Shown: positions 6,452-15,371 of the stretch, piece after piece
Numbering within the stretch: position 1 is the first letter of the stretch
How the letters are laid out: every line of letters starts with the position of its first letter
Source of the DNA: a virus
Lineage: Duplodnaviria; Caudoviricetes
IMG/VR virus record: IMGVR_UViG_3300037565_000040
Span: 1-41,957 of that record
DNA: 41,957 nucleotides
Direction: 5' to 3' (one strand)
Made by a program: the position numbers and the translations under genes
The notes under the pieces: generated by a model
Told to the model about the DNA's origin: nothing
The model's input: the letters and a program-made list of their open reading frames with translations, nothing else
Databases searched by the model: none

Positions 6452-7105
6452 TTACTTCCCTGCCCTTTTCTCTGCCTCTTGTGCTTTGATAGCGGCGACA
6501 AGCTGGGCGTTTCGGTACGCTTCCCCGCGCTTGATACGGCTCACGACTTGCTGGGATACCCCGAAACGAGCGGCAAGCTCCGATTGCGGCGCAACCTCGG
6601 CTAAGGCAAGTTCGCGCAACGCCTGAGCCTGCTCATTTGTGAGTCGAGCGTTCGGATTTTTCTGCCCATGCTTGTGCGTGCCGTGGAGAAGCGTGTCGGC
6701 CATGTTTTCGGCGGGGGTAGCCCATCGCAGGTGGTTCGGATTTACGCATGCGCGAACACCGCACGAATGCGCCGCCTGATGAGTTGCACTCGGCGCGACA
6801 CCATGCGCTGAAAAGCACATGACCCTGTGCGCTTGGGATTTCGCTACATCGGGGATGCGCACGACGCCGTAACCGTGAACGTTAATAGCGAAGGGCCACA
6901 AAAGGCACTCCGAACCCTCGTGCCGGGCATTCTCCAAAATCCACGCATACGGCACGCCATTCCTTCCAGGGCGCATGCCAACAGGGGAGCCTGTTGCCAA
7001 CAGACGCTTGTAGTGCCGGTGACATAACGCGCGCACTTTTGCGGGCCGGTCACATCCATCCACAGCGCAAGCGCAGTCATATTTCAGACTAAGTTTTTTA
7101 GTCAT
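6452..7105 (-). CDS. HNH homing endonuclease
   Basis: N-terminal CAVDGC...LCHRHY Zn module; ECLLWP...AHRV...AAHSCGVRACVNPNHLRWATPAEN; C-terminal HTH. Confidence 0.9.
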   Translation of the reverse strand: MTKKLSLKYDCACAVDGCDRPAKVRALCHRHYKRLLATGSPVGMRPGRNGVPYAWILENARHEGSECLLWPFAINVHGYGVVRIPDVAKSQAHRVMCFSAHGVAPSATHQAAHSCGVRACVNPNHLRWATPAENMADTLLHGTHKHGQKNPNARLTNEQAQALRELALAEVAPQSELAARFGVSQQVVSRIKRGEAYRNAQLVAAIKAQEAEKRAGK

Positions 7106-7160
7106 GGCTTCCTACCGGGCTTGGGAGTGGTAAGGCGCTCTAGGATGGGATCGGGGAGGG

Positions 7161-7562
7161 TCATTCCGCATCCCCAAGCTGTTCATTGATGAACTTGCGG
7201 AGAACGCGGAGGCTGTCTGTGGCGAGCGCGCCAGCTTCTCCGCCGATTTCCTGCACTTGATCCGAGGCAAGAACCGTTTCGCCAACTTCGGAAGCCGCGA
7301 TAAGCATGATGGTGCTTTTTGACGGCGCGACCACCAGCAGCAAAGTGGACGCCGACCCAACCACCACAAGGGTGCGAACAAACTTGAACAGTGGATCGGC
7401 AACGCGGTCGCCGCCGCCAAGGGCGCTGTCGTATTTATTAATGGCCGCGATTACCCCGACACCAGCAGCGGAAAGAAAGGCAAGAGGCGCGACCCAAGAA
7501 GCAGCGGCCTTAACCCCGTCAAACGCTTCCGCCAGATACAGCAGCCAAGACAGGCTATTCAT
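7161..7562 (-). CDS. Hypothetical membrane protein
   Basis: Two hydrophobic segments; PSKSTIMLIAASEVGE. Confidence 0.7.
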   Translation of the reverse strand: MNSLSWLLYLAEAFDGVKAAASWVAPLAFLSAAGVGVIAAINKYDSALGGGDRVADPLFKFVRTLVVVGSASTLLLVVAPSKSTIMLIAASEVGETVLASDQVQEIGGEAGALATDSLRVLRKFINEQLGDAE

Positions 7563-7587
7563 CTCTCAGTCTCCTATGGTGTTGGGG

Positions 7588-8022
7588 TCAATCTGTTGAG
7601 CGTCGGCGCGGTACGTTCTGGCCTTGTCCAGTTCCGCCGTTGCCCGCTTGGTGTGATGCAGCGCCCGTTGACGCCATCTGGTCGCGATTGATCGCCGCTG
7701 TGAGAAAGGCAACTTGTGCCTCAAGCTCAGCAATACGGTCCGCCAAAGCCGCATCGGCTTCCTCCTGGTGCTTCCCAATAAGGGCTTGAATGGCCTCGAC
7801 TTCGGACAGACGCGGCGACATGTTTTCTTCGGCGTCCCAATAGGAGCGGACGCGACGAACCTTCATCCCCAGCATCGAAGCCAGCTTCGCCTTGCGCCAC
7901 TCATGGTTCATGGTGGGCCAGCGCTTCACGGCATACGTGCGGAGGTCTTGAGCAAGGGCCGCAGTCATCTCGCGGCCTGACTTGGCAAACTTTGCCATCT
8001 GGACGGCATCCCTTCGGTGCAT
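7588..8022 (-). CDS. CII-like HTH regulator
   Basis: KLASMLGMKVRRVRSYW HTH followed by a coiled coil; located downstream of cro. Confidence 0.55.
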   Translation of the reverse strand: MHRRDAVQMAKFAKSGREMTAALAQDLRTYAVKRWPTMNHEWRKAKLASMLGMKVRRVRSYWDAEENMSPRLSEVEAIQALIGKHQEEADAALADRIAELEAQVAFLTAAINRDQMASTGAASHQAGNGGTGQGQNVPRRRSTD

Positions 8023-8464
8023 GGTGATTTCACCGAAGGCACAAACGAAAGGACGCAGAAGTGACGAAGGAAGTAACGGTCAGCGAGGAATTGAAGGCTT
8101 GGCTTGACCGTCGCGGAATGCGCGGTATCGGACGGCAATCCGGTCGCGCTCAGAATGGAACGGGGCTGGAGGCGCGCCCCGTAGGAATGAGTGCGGGACG
8201 CATGGTGGAGGAGTCCACACGCCCCGCTTACGGCAGCAGCGGTGGAGGAAGCCGCGCGCCGATCTGGAATTCGGGTGAAAAGGACCGGGACCGAAGCCCC
8301 GGCCAAGTTCACAGGGAGGGTAACAGCGCAACGGAGGGAGAAGCCCGTTGCACTTTCTTGCGCCTTGTGAGCAGCAAGTGCGAACCGACACACGCCCCAA
8401 GCGAGCGACAGCCCCCGCTCCGTGTCGGTTCCCATTTGATGCTGGTTAAGGGCGGAGCGCATGA

Positions 8465-8803
8465 CTAAACGCACTCCGGAAGCTTGGTAGGGTTCAGGAG
8501 ATGGGTGAACTTGGCTACATCGTCGGATTGGGTGACGAGAGGGCGGAATGCAGAAATTGGCATCGCCGCTTCTTTGTCGCTGTCCACCTCGTATCCAAGA
8601 AGGGGATTGATAGAGACATCATTTCTGATTTCACAGAGGAGCAGAGCCGTGCTCCCCTTGCTGGGGCCAAAGCTCACGGTCACGACCTGTCGGATCGTGT
8701 AGATAGCGCCAACTTCTGGATACACTGCCCCCGCAACCCTGTGCTCTGGCAGCGCGGTTCGAATGCAAACGCACTTCACGCCCGGTCTTGCCCAACTAGC
8801 CAT
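8465..8803 (-). CDS. Hypothetical protein
   Basis: GGGAG RBS; GVKCVCI...GAIYTIR...FRPL. Confidence 0.7.
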   Translation of the reverse strand: MASWARPGVKCVCIRTALPEHRVAGAVYPEVGAIYTIRQVVTVSFGPSKGSTALLLCEIRNDVSINPLLGYEVDSDKEAAMPISAFRPLVTQSDDVAKFTHLLNPTKLPECV

Positions 8804-9002
8804 TGTCCTGCTCCCTCTTGTTAGGTGCGAAAACGACCAGCAAAGGTGGCAGAACGACAATCGCCGCCATGAACCAGCCAATGAGCCAGGGACGGGTCCA
8901 CTCGACATTCACGCCAAGCCAGATAACGCCAGCGAGGAAAGCCAATGCCCCTATGGTCAGTGCAAAATCTCGGAGCATGGCTGTGGTGTGGCGGGAGGAC
9001 AT
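8796..9002 (-). CDS. Small two-TM membrane protein
   Basis: Two hydrophobic helices; GGGAG RBS. Confidence 0.6.
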   Translation of the reverse strand: MSSRHTTAMLRDFALTIGALAFLAGVIWLGVNVEWTRPWLIGWFMAAIVVLPPLLVVFAPNKREQDNG

Positions 9003-9004
9003 GG

Positions 9005-9253
9005 TTAGGCTCCCACCTTCTGCTTGCGGGCACGTGTCTCAGCAGCCTTGCGGCGGGCTTCCTCTCGGCGCGCAATGTTGGCTTCGCGTTCGGCCTCGTA
9101 CTTGTCCCATTCGGCCTGAGCGGCGGCGCGGGCCTCGTCTTCTGTGGCCCCATTGAACCGGACTGGCAGGTAATCCCCGAAGCCCTGATCGATGTAGGCA
9201 ATCCAGGTCATGCGAGCGGGCGCGTTTTCGCTGCAATAGGTGCGGATGTTCAT
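9005..9253 (-). CDS. Hypothetical protein
   Basis: GAGG RBS before ATG at 9253; charged helical C-terminus. Confidence 0.65.
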   Translation of the reverse strand: MNIRTYCSENAPARMTWIAYIDQGFGDYLPVRFNGATEDEARAAAQAEWDKYEAEREANIARREEARRKAAETRARKQKVGA

Positions 9254-9281
9254 ATCGCTTCCTCTTGGGTGGGGAGGGGGG

Positions 9282-10217
9282 TCATGCAACTGCCCGTGCG
9301 CCAGCGTTTCGACGTTCGCGCTTTGCCTGCATGGCCCGCGCAAAATCAGGATGATCATGACGATAGGGATTGTTAGGCTGAACAGAGCTGTTCTCGCTCA
9401 ACGTCCCGATGTAGACGTTGCCGATTTCGTATGCGCCCTGGTCCTTCAGGCGGCTCATGACATAGCCGTCGCGGCGCTTCCCGCGCTCAGCCCACTTGCC
9501 GCTCTCCTGCCAAATCGACCACCACTGCCAAAGGGTCAGGTTCCACTCAATGCCGCGATATTTGGCGTTGTTACGCTGGCTGAGAAAGGCATAGATCGGA
9601 GTTCTGTACATCCCAGCTCCATCCGCCATCATCCGCTTACCGAAGTCGCGCACTTCCCTGTACTGGGCGAAGGTGCAGCCGTACTTTTCGAGATAGCGCT
9701 GATCTTGAGCAGCCTTCTTGCGCTGGCTGTTCATCCGCGCCTTTGCGGCGCGACCACCTCCTGCCTGCCTCATGCCTTCATGCTTGGTCATAAGCTGGCG
9801 AACGCGCTCCCGGCTAATGCCGTGCTTTTCGCCAATCTCTTGCAGTGTCATACCGGCGCGGTACATCGCGGCCATCTTTGCGGCCCGTTTCCGTGCCGGG
9901 CCTGCGGTGTTGCGCGTGTCGTTCGGGAATTTCACGCCAAGGCGCTTGCAGTATCGAGCGAAAGAACTTTTGGAGACGCCCAGAAGCTCACGAGCAACCC
10001 CGTTCATCAGTCCAAGGTCATAAAGCTCCCGAATGATCGCAAGACGCCGGGAACTAAGGCGATGGGCATTGACGGCAACACCAGCCCTGATGGCAATCGA
10101 CCGCACGTAGGCCGGAACCAGCCCGTATTCCTGAGCAAGGTCGAACACTTCCTCGCCAGCAGCCACGCGATCCGCGACTTCTTTGTTGCGCTGTCTCGCA
10201 AGTTCATGACGCATCAC
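9282..10217 (-). CDS. Multi-HTH / sigma70 region-4 domain protein with a C-terminal HNH-like domain
   Basis: GMTLQEIGEKHGISRERVRQL (sigma r4); RGIEWNLT...YVMSRLKDQGAYEIGNV...EN (beta-beta-alpha-like). Confidence 0.7.
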   Translation of the reverse strand: MMRHELARQRNKEVADRVAAGEEVFDLAQEYGLVPAYVRSIAIRAGVAVNAHRLSSRRLAIIRELYDLGLMNGVARELLGVSKSSFARYCKRLGVKFPNDTRNTAGPARKRAAKMAAMYRAGMTLQEIGEKHGISRERVRQLMTKHEGMRQAGGGRAAKARMNSQRKKAAQDQRYLEKYGCTFAQYREVRDFGKRMMADGAGMYRTPIYAFLSQRNNAKYRGIEWNLTLWQWWSIWQESGKWAERGKRRDGYVMSRLKDQGAYEIGNVYIGTLSENSSVQPNNPYRHDHPDFARAMQAKRERRNAGARAVA

Positions 10218-10435
10218 ACCGTCTCCGTCTTACGAGGGCGGCGGCGCTTCACGCCTAGGAATAGGTCGGGCCTGATAACTTCGGGGGAGAGGCCGGTGAT
10301 CCTCGCCACATCGCCAAGCCGTTCGGCGGGAACACGTTCCCACTGCGAGACAGCGCCAGGAGTGACGGTCAAAGCCTTGGCCAAGTCCGATACCCTGATC
10401 TTGTCCCTGACTGCTTCGATGCCGGTGAGAGCCAT
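10214..10435 (-). CDS. cro: Cro-like (YdaS-type) regulator
   Basis: LAKALTVTPGAVSQWERVPAER...IRPDLF; divergent from cI. Confidence 0.88.
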   Translation of the reverse strand: MALTGIEAVRDKIRVSDLAKALTVTPGAVSQWERVPAERLGDVARITGLSPEVIRPDLFLGVKRRRPRKTETV

Positions 10436-10470
10436 GCTGCAAATCAATCCAGTTAGTTCGACTTCACCTA

Positions 10471-10499
10471 CATGTATAGTTTCCCTAACCCCCCGTCAA
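10471..10499 (-). promoter_or_regulatory. pR-like promoter with an operator
   Basis: Minus strand TTGACG-17-TACATG; operator GTTAG-ggaaa-CTATAC (10474-10489) overlaps the spacer and -10. Confidence 0.7.
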
Positions 10500-10525
10500 G
10501 CAAATCTTGCGGCGATTGTGCAGCC

Positions 10526-11185
10526 ATGAACGAATATGGTGCGCCAATGGAACTGAACGCTCGCATTTTTCACGCAAGGAAAGAGGCCGGACTCTCGCAA
10601 GAGGCTCTGGCCGTTGCCGTAGGAAAGACCAGGGGCGCTGTCGCCCAGTGGGAATCCGGCGACGTTCACCCCCGACCCGCAACGCTCGCAGCTATTGCCA
10701 AGGCAACCGGCAAGTCCTTATCGTGGCTACAAACTGGGGAAGACAGCGGGGGCTTGTCGGTGATTGGGGAAGTAGCGGCGGGGGTGTGGAAGGAGGCAGG
10801 TGCGTATTATGTTCCGCATCGTGTGCCAGTAGCGCCAGACCCGAATTATCCACCTGAAGCGCAGCGGCTCTACAAGGTGACTGGAACGTCAGTAAACCGC
10901 ATGGTTGCGCATGGTGAGTTCGTACATTGCATCTCGGTCGAGCGCGGGGGCATTCGCTTTGAAAGCGGCGACCTGGTGATTGTGCGCAGGATCGTGCACG
11001 GCATGGCTGAGTACACGGCCAAGATTTCCGTATGGGAAAATGGGCGCTGGATACTCCGCCCCGCAAGTGATGACGAACAATGGCAGCAGGACATCGAACT
11101 AGGTTCTGACGATAGCGCCGAAATCACCGTGACCGATATTGTCATTGCGAAATGGACGCCGATTGGGCGCGCCCGTAGTACCTAA
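10526..11185 (+). CDS. cI: CI-like repressor (Xre HTH plus S24 peptidase)
   Basis: GLSQEALAVAVGKTRGAVAQWESG HTH; VAAG cleavage site; GTSVN catalytic Ser; YTAK catalytic Lys. Alternative start at 10547. Confidence 0.92.
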   Translation: MNEYGAPMELNARIFHARKEAGLSQEALAVAVGKTRGAVAQWESGDVHPRPATLAAIAKATGKSLSWLQTGEDSGGLSVIGEVAAGVWKEAGAYYVPHRVPVAPDPNYPPEAQRLYKVTGTSVNRMVAHGEFVHCISVERGGIRFESGDLVIVRRIVHGMAEYTAKISVWENGRWILRPASDDEQWQQDIELGSDDSAEITVTDIVIAKWTPIGRARST

Positions 11186-11503
11186 TATCTAATATTCTAG
11201 TTCTTTAGGAGGGTATCTTTTACCCTCTCTGACCCTGAGCTTAGACCGGGTATCCGCCATAGACCCCCAAACCCCCTATAGCCTTTAAGCTACAGGAAGG
11301 CTGGGGGCCTAGCGCTTTTTCTGACCCTTGAGTTGAGCCGGATAGAGCCGCCACGAGGTCTTACGATCCCTCGGTCCTCAGTTCCCAGACGCGCCGTAGG
11401 ATGAACTAACCCCGCGCAGTCGCACCTTTGCCTGGAAAGCCCCGTCGATTCGACACGGCCACGCTGATGCGATGGCTGCAATCTATTGCGCCTGTTGGCG
11501 GAT

Positions 11504-11566
11504 GTCTAGTCTCCCTAAACTTTTTCCAACAAAACGCTTGCATGGTCGTTAGTCTTACTATACAAC
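11504..11566 (+). promoter_or_regulatory. pL-like promoter with two operators
   Basis: TTGCAT(11538-43)-17-TACAAC; operators GTCTAG-tctcc-CTAAAC (11504-20) and GTTAG-tctta-CTATAC (11548-63). Confidence 0.7.
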
Positions 11567-11630
11567 TGCATTCAACAAAGGCACGAACAGCGCAAGCCGA
11601 TCTGCCCCAAACCGAATGCAGGAGATGAGA

Positions 11631-11777
11631 ATGAAGCTGATCCACCAGAACGGCCAGACAGCAATCTGGGAAGTCACCGAGGCTTATGGCTCTGACTTCT
11701 ACGTTTACTCCGGTGACAAGCTGGTTCGGGTCTGCCCATCGATTGGCATGGCTCGTGAAGTGGCGGCAGGTCTGTGA
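11631..11777 (+). CDS. Small hypothetical protein (48 aa, below ORF-track cutoff)
   Basis: AGGAG RBS; MKLIHQNGQTAIWEVTEAYGSDFYVYSGDKLVRVCPSIGMAREVAAGL. Confidence 0.65.
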   Translation: MKLIHQNGQTAIWEVTEAYGSDFYVYSGDKLVRVCPSIGMAREVAAGL

Positions 11778-11947
11778 TGGAAAAGCCATTCGAAGTCTGC
11801 GCTGAAATTGAGGGCGACGACACCCACTACCAGCCAGTTAGCAAGCACTCATCGCGCAGGGCTGCTGAACGCGCCGCTCGTGATTACGAGAACAAGACAG
11901 GCCTCGCGACATGGGTCGATGGCCCCGATGAAGGGGATGACCAATGA
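11777..11947 (+). CDS. Small hypothetical protein (56 aa, below ORF-track cutoff)
   Basis: TGATG overlap upstream and ATGA overlap downstream; MEKPFEVCAEIEGDD... Confidence 0.6.
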   Translation: MEKPFEVCAEIEGDDTHYQPVSKHSSRRAAERAARDYENKTGLATWVDGPDEGDDQ

Positions 11948-12591
11948 TCGTCGCATCCCTCTGCGATCTGACCGGCAATTTCGTTCGCCCTTGGGCCGAA
12001 GCTGGATATGAATGTTACTGCGTTGACGTGGCGCATTCGATCCGCCGCGACCGTGAGGAACGGGTTGGGGCTGGCGTCATCCACTACGTCTGGGGCGATG
12101 TTCGTAACTGGACGCCGCCAGAAGGCCGCACCGTGGCGTTTGGGGCTTGCTGGTCGCCTTGCACCCATGTCGCCGGTTCTGGCGCTAGGGACTTCGCCAA
12201 GAAGGGTGGGTACATGCTCCGCGATGCTGTGGAGATGTTTGAATCCGGTCGGCAGGTTCTGCGCTGGTCTGGTGCCCCATCGTTCAATGAGAACCCCGTA
12301 GGCGTCCTTTCCAGCATCCCGCACATCGGGAAGCCTGACCACTACTTCCACCCGTCTGACTATGCCGGTCTTTGCGAGGCCGACAACTACACCAAGAAAA
12401 CCTGCATCTGGGCGCACAACGGCTTTGTCATGCCGGAAGCCTGCCCTGCGCCTTGGCTTGGTGAACCAGACGACCGCATTCACAAGGCCCCACCGGGTGA
12501 TGATCGCGCCGATTTCCGCAGCGCCACGCCGATGGGCTTTTCCCTAGCAGTTTTCAACGCGAATGCGCCGCACCTACGCGCAGCCGCCTAA
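11944..12591 (+). CDS. DNA C5-cytosine methyltransferase-like protein
   Basis: SLCDLTG (motif I variant), SPCT (catalytic PC), NENPVG (ENV-like), YTKKTCIW. Confidence 0.78.
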   Translation: MIVASLCDLTGNFVRPWAEAGYECYCVDVAHSIRRDREERVGAGVIHYVWGDVRNWTPPEGRTVAFGACWSPCTHVAGSGARDFAKKGGYMLRDAVEMFESGRQVLRWSGAPSFNENPVGVLSSIPHIGKPDHYFHPSDYAGLCEADNYTKKTCIWAHNGFVMPEACPAPWLGEPDDRIHKAPPGDDRADFRSATPMGFSLAVFNANAPHLRAAA

Positions 12592-12621
12592 CCCACCCTC
12601 TTACCCTCAATGGAGGATGAA

Positions 12622-12999
12622 ATGGCAAAGTTCACCGAAGGGCCGTGGCAGGTCATGAACGAATACGATGGAGCAACCATCGTCATTGCCAACGTAGATG
12701 GCGAAACGTTCCCCGATGGCACGTCCACGTTCAGCTATGACTTTGTTTGCGACACCGACAGCGATGAAGGCACGGCGCATTCTAAAGCCGAAGCCCGCGC
12801 CAATGCCCGCCTAATCGCACAGGCACCAGCAATGCTTGCGGAACTTGAGAAGCTGGATGGCCATCTGAGCATCCTCATGGGCAACATACACGGCTCGGCC
12901 AAGCTCGACCATCGATGGGAAGGCATGGAAGACGTTGTACGCGGATGGCGCGAGGGCATCGAGGAAGTCATGGCCGCTGCCACTGGTGAAGCGCCATGA
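12622..12999 (+). CDS. Hypothetical phage protein (TPGPW...ANARLIAAAP type)
   Basis: KFTEGPW...ANARLIAQAPAML; GGAGG RBS. Confidence 0.8.
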   Translation: MAKFTEGPWQVMNEYDGATIVIANVDGETFPDGTSTFSYDFVCDTDSDEGTAHSKAEARANARLIAQAPAMLAELEKLDGHLSILMGNIHGSAKLDHRWEGMEDVVRGWREGIEEVMAAATGEAP

Positions 13000-13427
13000 C
13001 CTACGCAGGAACCACATGGCTTGTCTCAGGCGGCGAACTGCCTTGGACGCCAGAGGATATTAGAGAGCACCTGGGGCTTCTTGATCCATCGTTTGATGGG
13101 CTTTTGAAGGGCGTGATTTTCAGCCAGTGCAGCAGGTACGGCGTCGGGTTTCGCGGTCAGGTCTGGGCAGTTGCGAGGGGCGATGACCTCTCCGATTTCT
13201 TCGCCAGCGCCAATTCCATCGGCAAGCTGGAAAAGATCGGCCCTGCCTATCTTATCGACGGCAAATCCTACCACGATTGCACCTATGGCGTCGAGCCTGA
13301 GAAGGCCCGCAAGGCTTTCCGGTCGATCATCAACTGGTGCCACGAAGATGAAGGCATCTACCGGGCCATGCGTCGGGAAGATCGCGGCGAATACCGCCCA
13401 ACTCGATACCTGGAGGCAGCGGAATGA
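12996..13427 (+). CDS. Hypothetical protein
   Basis: ATGA overlaps on both sides. Confidence 0.7.
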   Translation: MTYAGTTWLVSGGELPWTPEDIREHLGLLDPSFDGLLKGVIFSQCSRYGVGFRGQVWAVARGDDLSDFFASANSIGKLEKIGPAYLIDGKSYHDCTYGVEPEKARKAFRSIINWCHEDEGIYRAMRREDRGEYRPTRYLEAAE

Positions 13428-13660
13428 CCGAGAAACTGTCTGCCCTAAATGCCGGTGGTTGGTTTGACTTCTCAATGAACCGACAGCCTCGCTGCCCGCA
13501 CTGCGGAAGCGACTTCGACATAACCGACAATGAGGCTTGGCATCTCTTCGACCAGAACGAGACACACACTGTCGAATGTCCTGTTTGTGATCTGCCGTTC
13601 TACGTCAACAGCCACGCGGTCTGGAGCTTTAGCACCGACGAGCAGGAGGACGATGAATGA
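13424..13660 (+). CDS. Zinc-ribbon protein
   Basis: CPHC...CPVC. Confidence 0.75.
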   Translation: MTEKLSALNAGGWFDFSMNRQPRCPHCGSDFDITDNEAWHLFDQNETHTVECPVCDLPFYVNSHAVWSFSTDEQEDDE

Positions 13661-13763
13661 CCCGCGCTTGGACCTTCTACACCCACCATCCAATAACCGC
13701 CAACCTACTCATAGCCCTGTTCTTTGCTGCTGTGAAAATGGCTTTCCTGCCGGAGATGATCTG

Positions 13764-13928
13764 ATGGTTTACGCAATCTTCTTTCTAAGCCTGCTGGCCG
13801 TTCCGGTTTCGCTCTGCACTGCAATCTGGTCTCCAGATTTGCGCACCTTCCTGATCTTCGGGGTGGCCGTCCTTAACGCCGCATTCTGGGTCGCGGTTAT
13901 GGGCCGGGTTGGCGAGAAAATGAAATGA
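13764..13928 (+). CDS. Small two-TM membrane protein
   Basis: GGAG RBS; MVYAIFFLSLL... with two hydrophobic segments. Confidence 0.5.
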   Translation: MVYAIFFLSLLAVPVSLCTAIWSPDLRTFLIFGVAVLNAAFWVAVMGRVGEKMK

Positions 13929-14068
13929 CCCCCACACCCCTTGAAATCCTTTCCCTAGCCCAACTCCGCAGGGAAGACCCTGAAACCGCTCTACGCCTTG
14001 CAACAGAGGCAGGGAAGCAATCCGACAAATCTAAAGGCTGGATTGAACAGCCGAAGGAGACGAAATGA
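13925..14068 (+). CDS. Small hypothetical protein
   Basis: ATGA overlaps on both sides; MTPTPLEILSLAQLRR... Confidence 0.5.
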   Translation: MTPTPLEILSLAQLRREDPETALRLATEAGKQSDKSKGWIEQPKETK

Positions 14069-14394
14069 GCATCTTTGACAGCATGGAAAATCAGGATCGC
14101 CGCCGCTCCGCGTGGCAGAAGAAGGCGCAGGAACTGTTTCTCCCTGGCATTGATCCTGCCGACCTCAAGAAGGGAATGCGCGTCACCATTTCGCCAAACC
14201 TTCGCTACGAGGACAACAGCTACACCGACAAAATCCACACCGTTCTAGCGGTCAATTCCGCACAGGTCATGACCAAGATCGACAATCATTGGTCTGACAA
14301 GCCGGTGATGCTTTTGGTGTGCGACCACCACTTCTATTCCGCAGACGAATTTGATCTGGCGATGGCTTTGGAGAACTCCAATGAGCGCAGTTGA
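14065..14394 (+). CDS. Hypothetical protein
   Basis: AAGGAG RBS; 109 aa. Confidence 0.7.
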   Translation: MSIFDSMENQDRRRSAWQKKAQELFLPGIDPADLKKGMRVTISPNLRYEDNSYTDKIHTVLAVNSAQVMTKIDNHWSDKPVMLLVCDHHFYSADEFDLAMALENSNERS

Positions 14395-14584
14395 AGCCGT
14401 AAAGGCAAATGAGCTGGGGACGAACCTGGAGCGCATGGAGCGCCTGTCTTTCGCCGCCTACAAGCTCGTGTCCCGCTATCGAGACATGCCCAATTACCCC
14501 GATTGCCAGCCTCTTAAAGCCGCTATCTGGCGGGAATACCAAGAGACGTTGGTAGAGCTTATGGAGGCCATGCATGGCCGTTGA
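14381..14584 (+). CDS. Hypothetical protein
   Basis: GGAG RBS; overlaps both neighbours. Confidence 0.6.
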   Translation: MSAVEAVKANELGTNLERMERLSFAAYKLVSRYRDMPNYPDCQPLKAAIWREYQETLVELMEAMHGR

Positions 14585-15317
14585 CCTGATGACCGCCCTA
14601 GCCGCGCCATTCCCGCCCAACGAAATAGAATGGCGCGTCGGCAGCACCAACGGGGACAAGACAAGCGGCCTTGCCCTTGCCTACCTCACAGCCCGCCATG
14701 TCATGGACCGGCTAGACGAAACCGTAGGCCCGACCAATTGGCAAGACCGCTACGAGTTCCACGGTTCGCGCACGGTTTGCTATCTGTCCATCCGCATTGA
14801 TGGCGAGTGGATCACGAAGGCAGACGGGGCCGGTGACAGCGACGTTGAGGCCGAGAAGGGCGCGATTAGCGATGCCCTGAAGCGCGCCGCCGTCAAGTTC
14901 GGGATTGGCCGCTACCTCTATGACCTTGGCAATACCTGGGTCGAGCTGGAACCCGCTGGCCGGTCTTTCCGCATCAAGCGGGACCAGTATCACAAGCTCG
15001 AAAAGGCGCTGCAAGCTTTGGTCAACGACGGGCTGGTGCCAGAGCGCGCCCCTCGCCTCCGTACCGTGGCTGAGGAAAAAACCAAGTACGAGGAAATGCA
15101 GGCCGAGATGCACCAGATCAGCGCAGATGGGTCAGCAGCCCTAGAACGCTGGGTCAATGACCCGTCAGTGCTTGCCGATATCAACAGCCTTGAACGGTAC
15201 TCCAGCCAACTGAAAACCGAGTTCAAGGAAATTCTGAGCCTCGCTGTGACGGCGGAAAAGGATGCGCCTGATCCCAATTCCCAATTCGACCGCATGGAAC
15301 GCGAAGCAGCCGAATAA
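14574..15317 (+). CDS. Rad52/Rad22-family (Sak-like) single-strand annealing protein
   Basis: LAAPFPPNEIEWR...LAYLTARHVMDRLDETVG...KGAISDALKRAAVKFGIGRYLYDL. Confidence 0.9.
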   Translation: MAVDLMTALAAPFPPNEIEWRVGSTNGDKTSGLALAYLTARHVMDRLDETVGPTNWQDRYEFHGSRTVCYLSIRIDGEWITKADGAGDSDVEAEKGAISDALKRAAVKFGIGRYLYDLGNTWVELEPAGRSFRIKRDQYHKLEKALQALVNDGLVPERAPRLRTVAEEKTKYEEMQAEMHQISADGSAALERWVNDPSVLADINSLERYSSQLKTEFKEILSLAVTAEKDAPDPNSQFDRMEREAAE

Positions 15318-15371
15318 CCCCATTCCTAGAGGGACCGGGGAGCGGCCAACAACCCTCCCCGGATAGTTTCA

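Noticed and set aside
9240-10529. 429-aa plus-strand ORF
   Set aside because: Antisense shadow of cro and the sigma-r4 gene, with no recognisable motifs or RBS.
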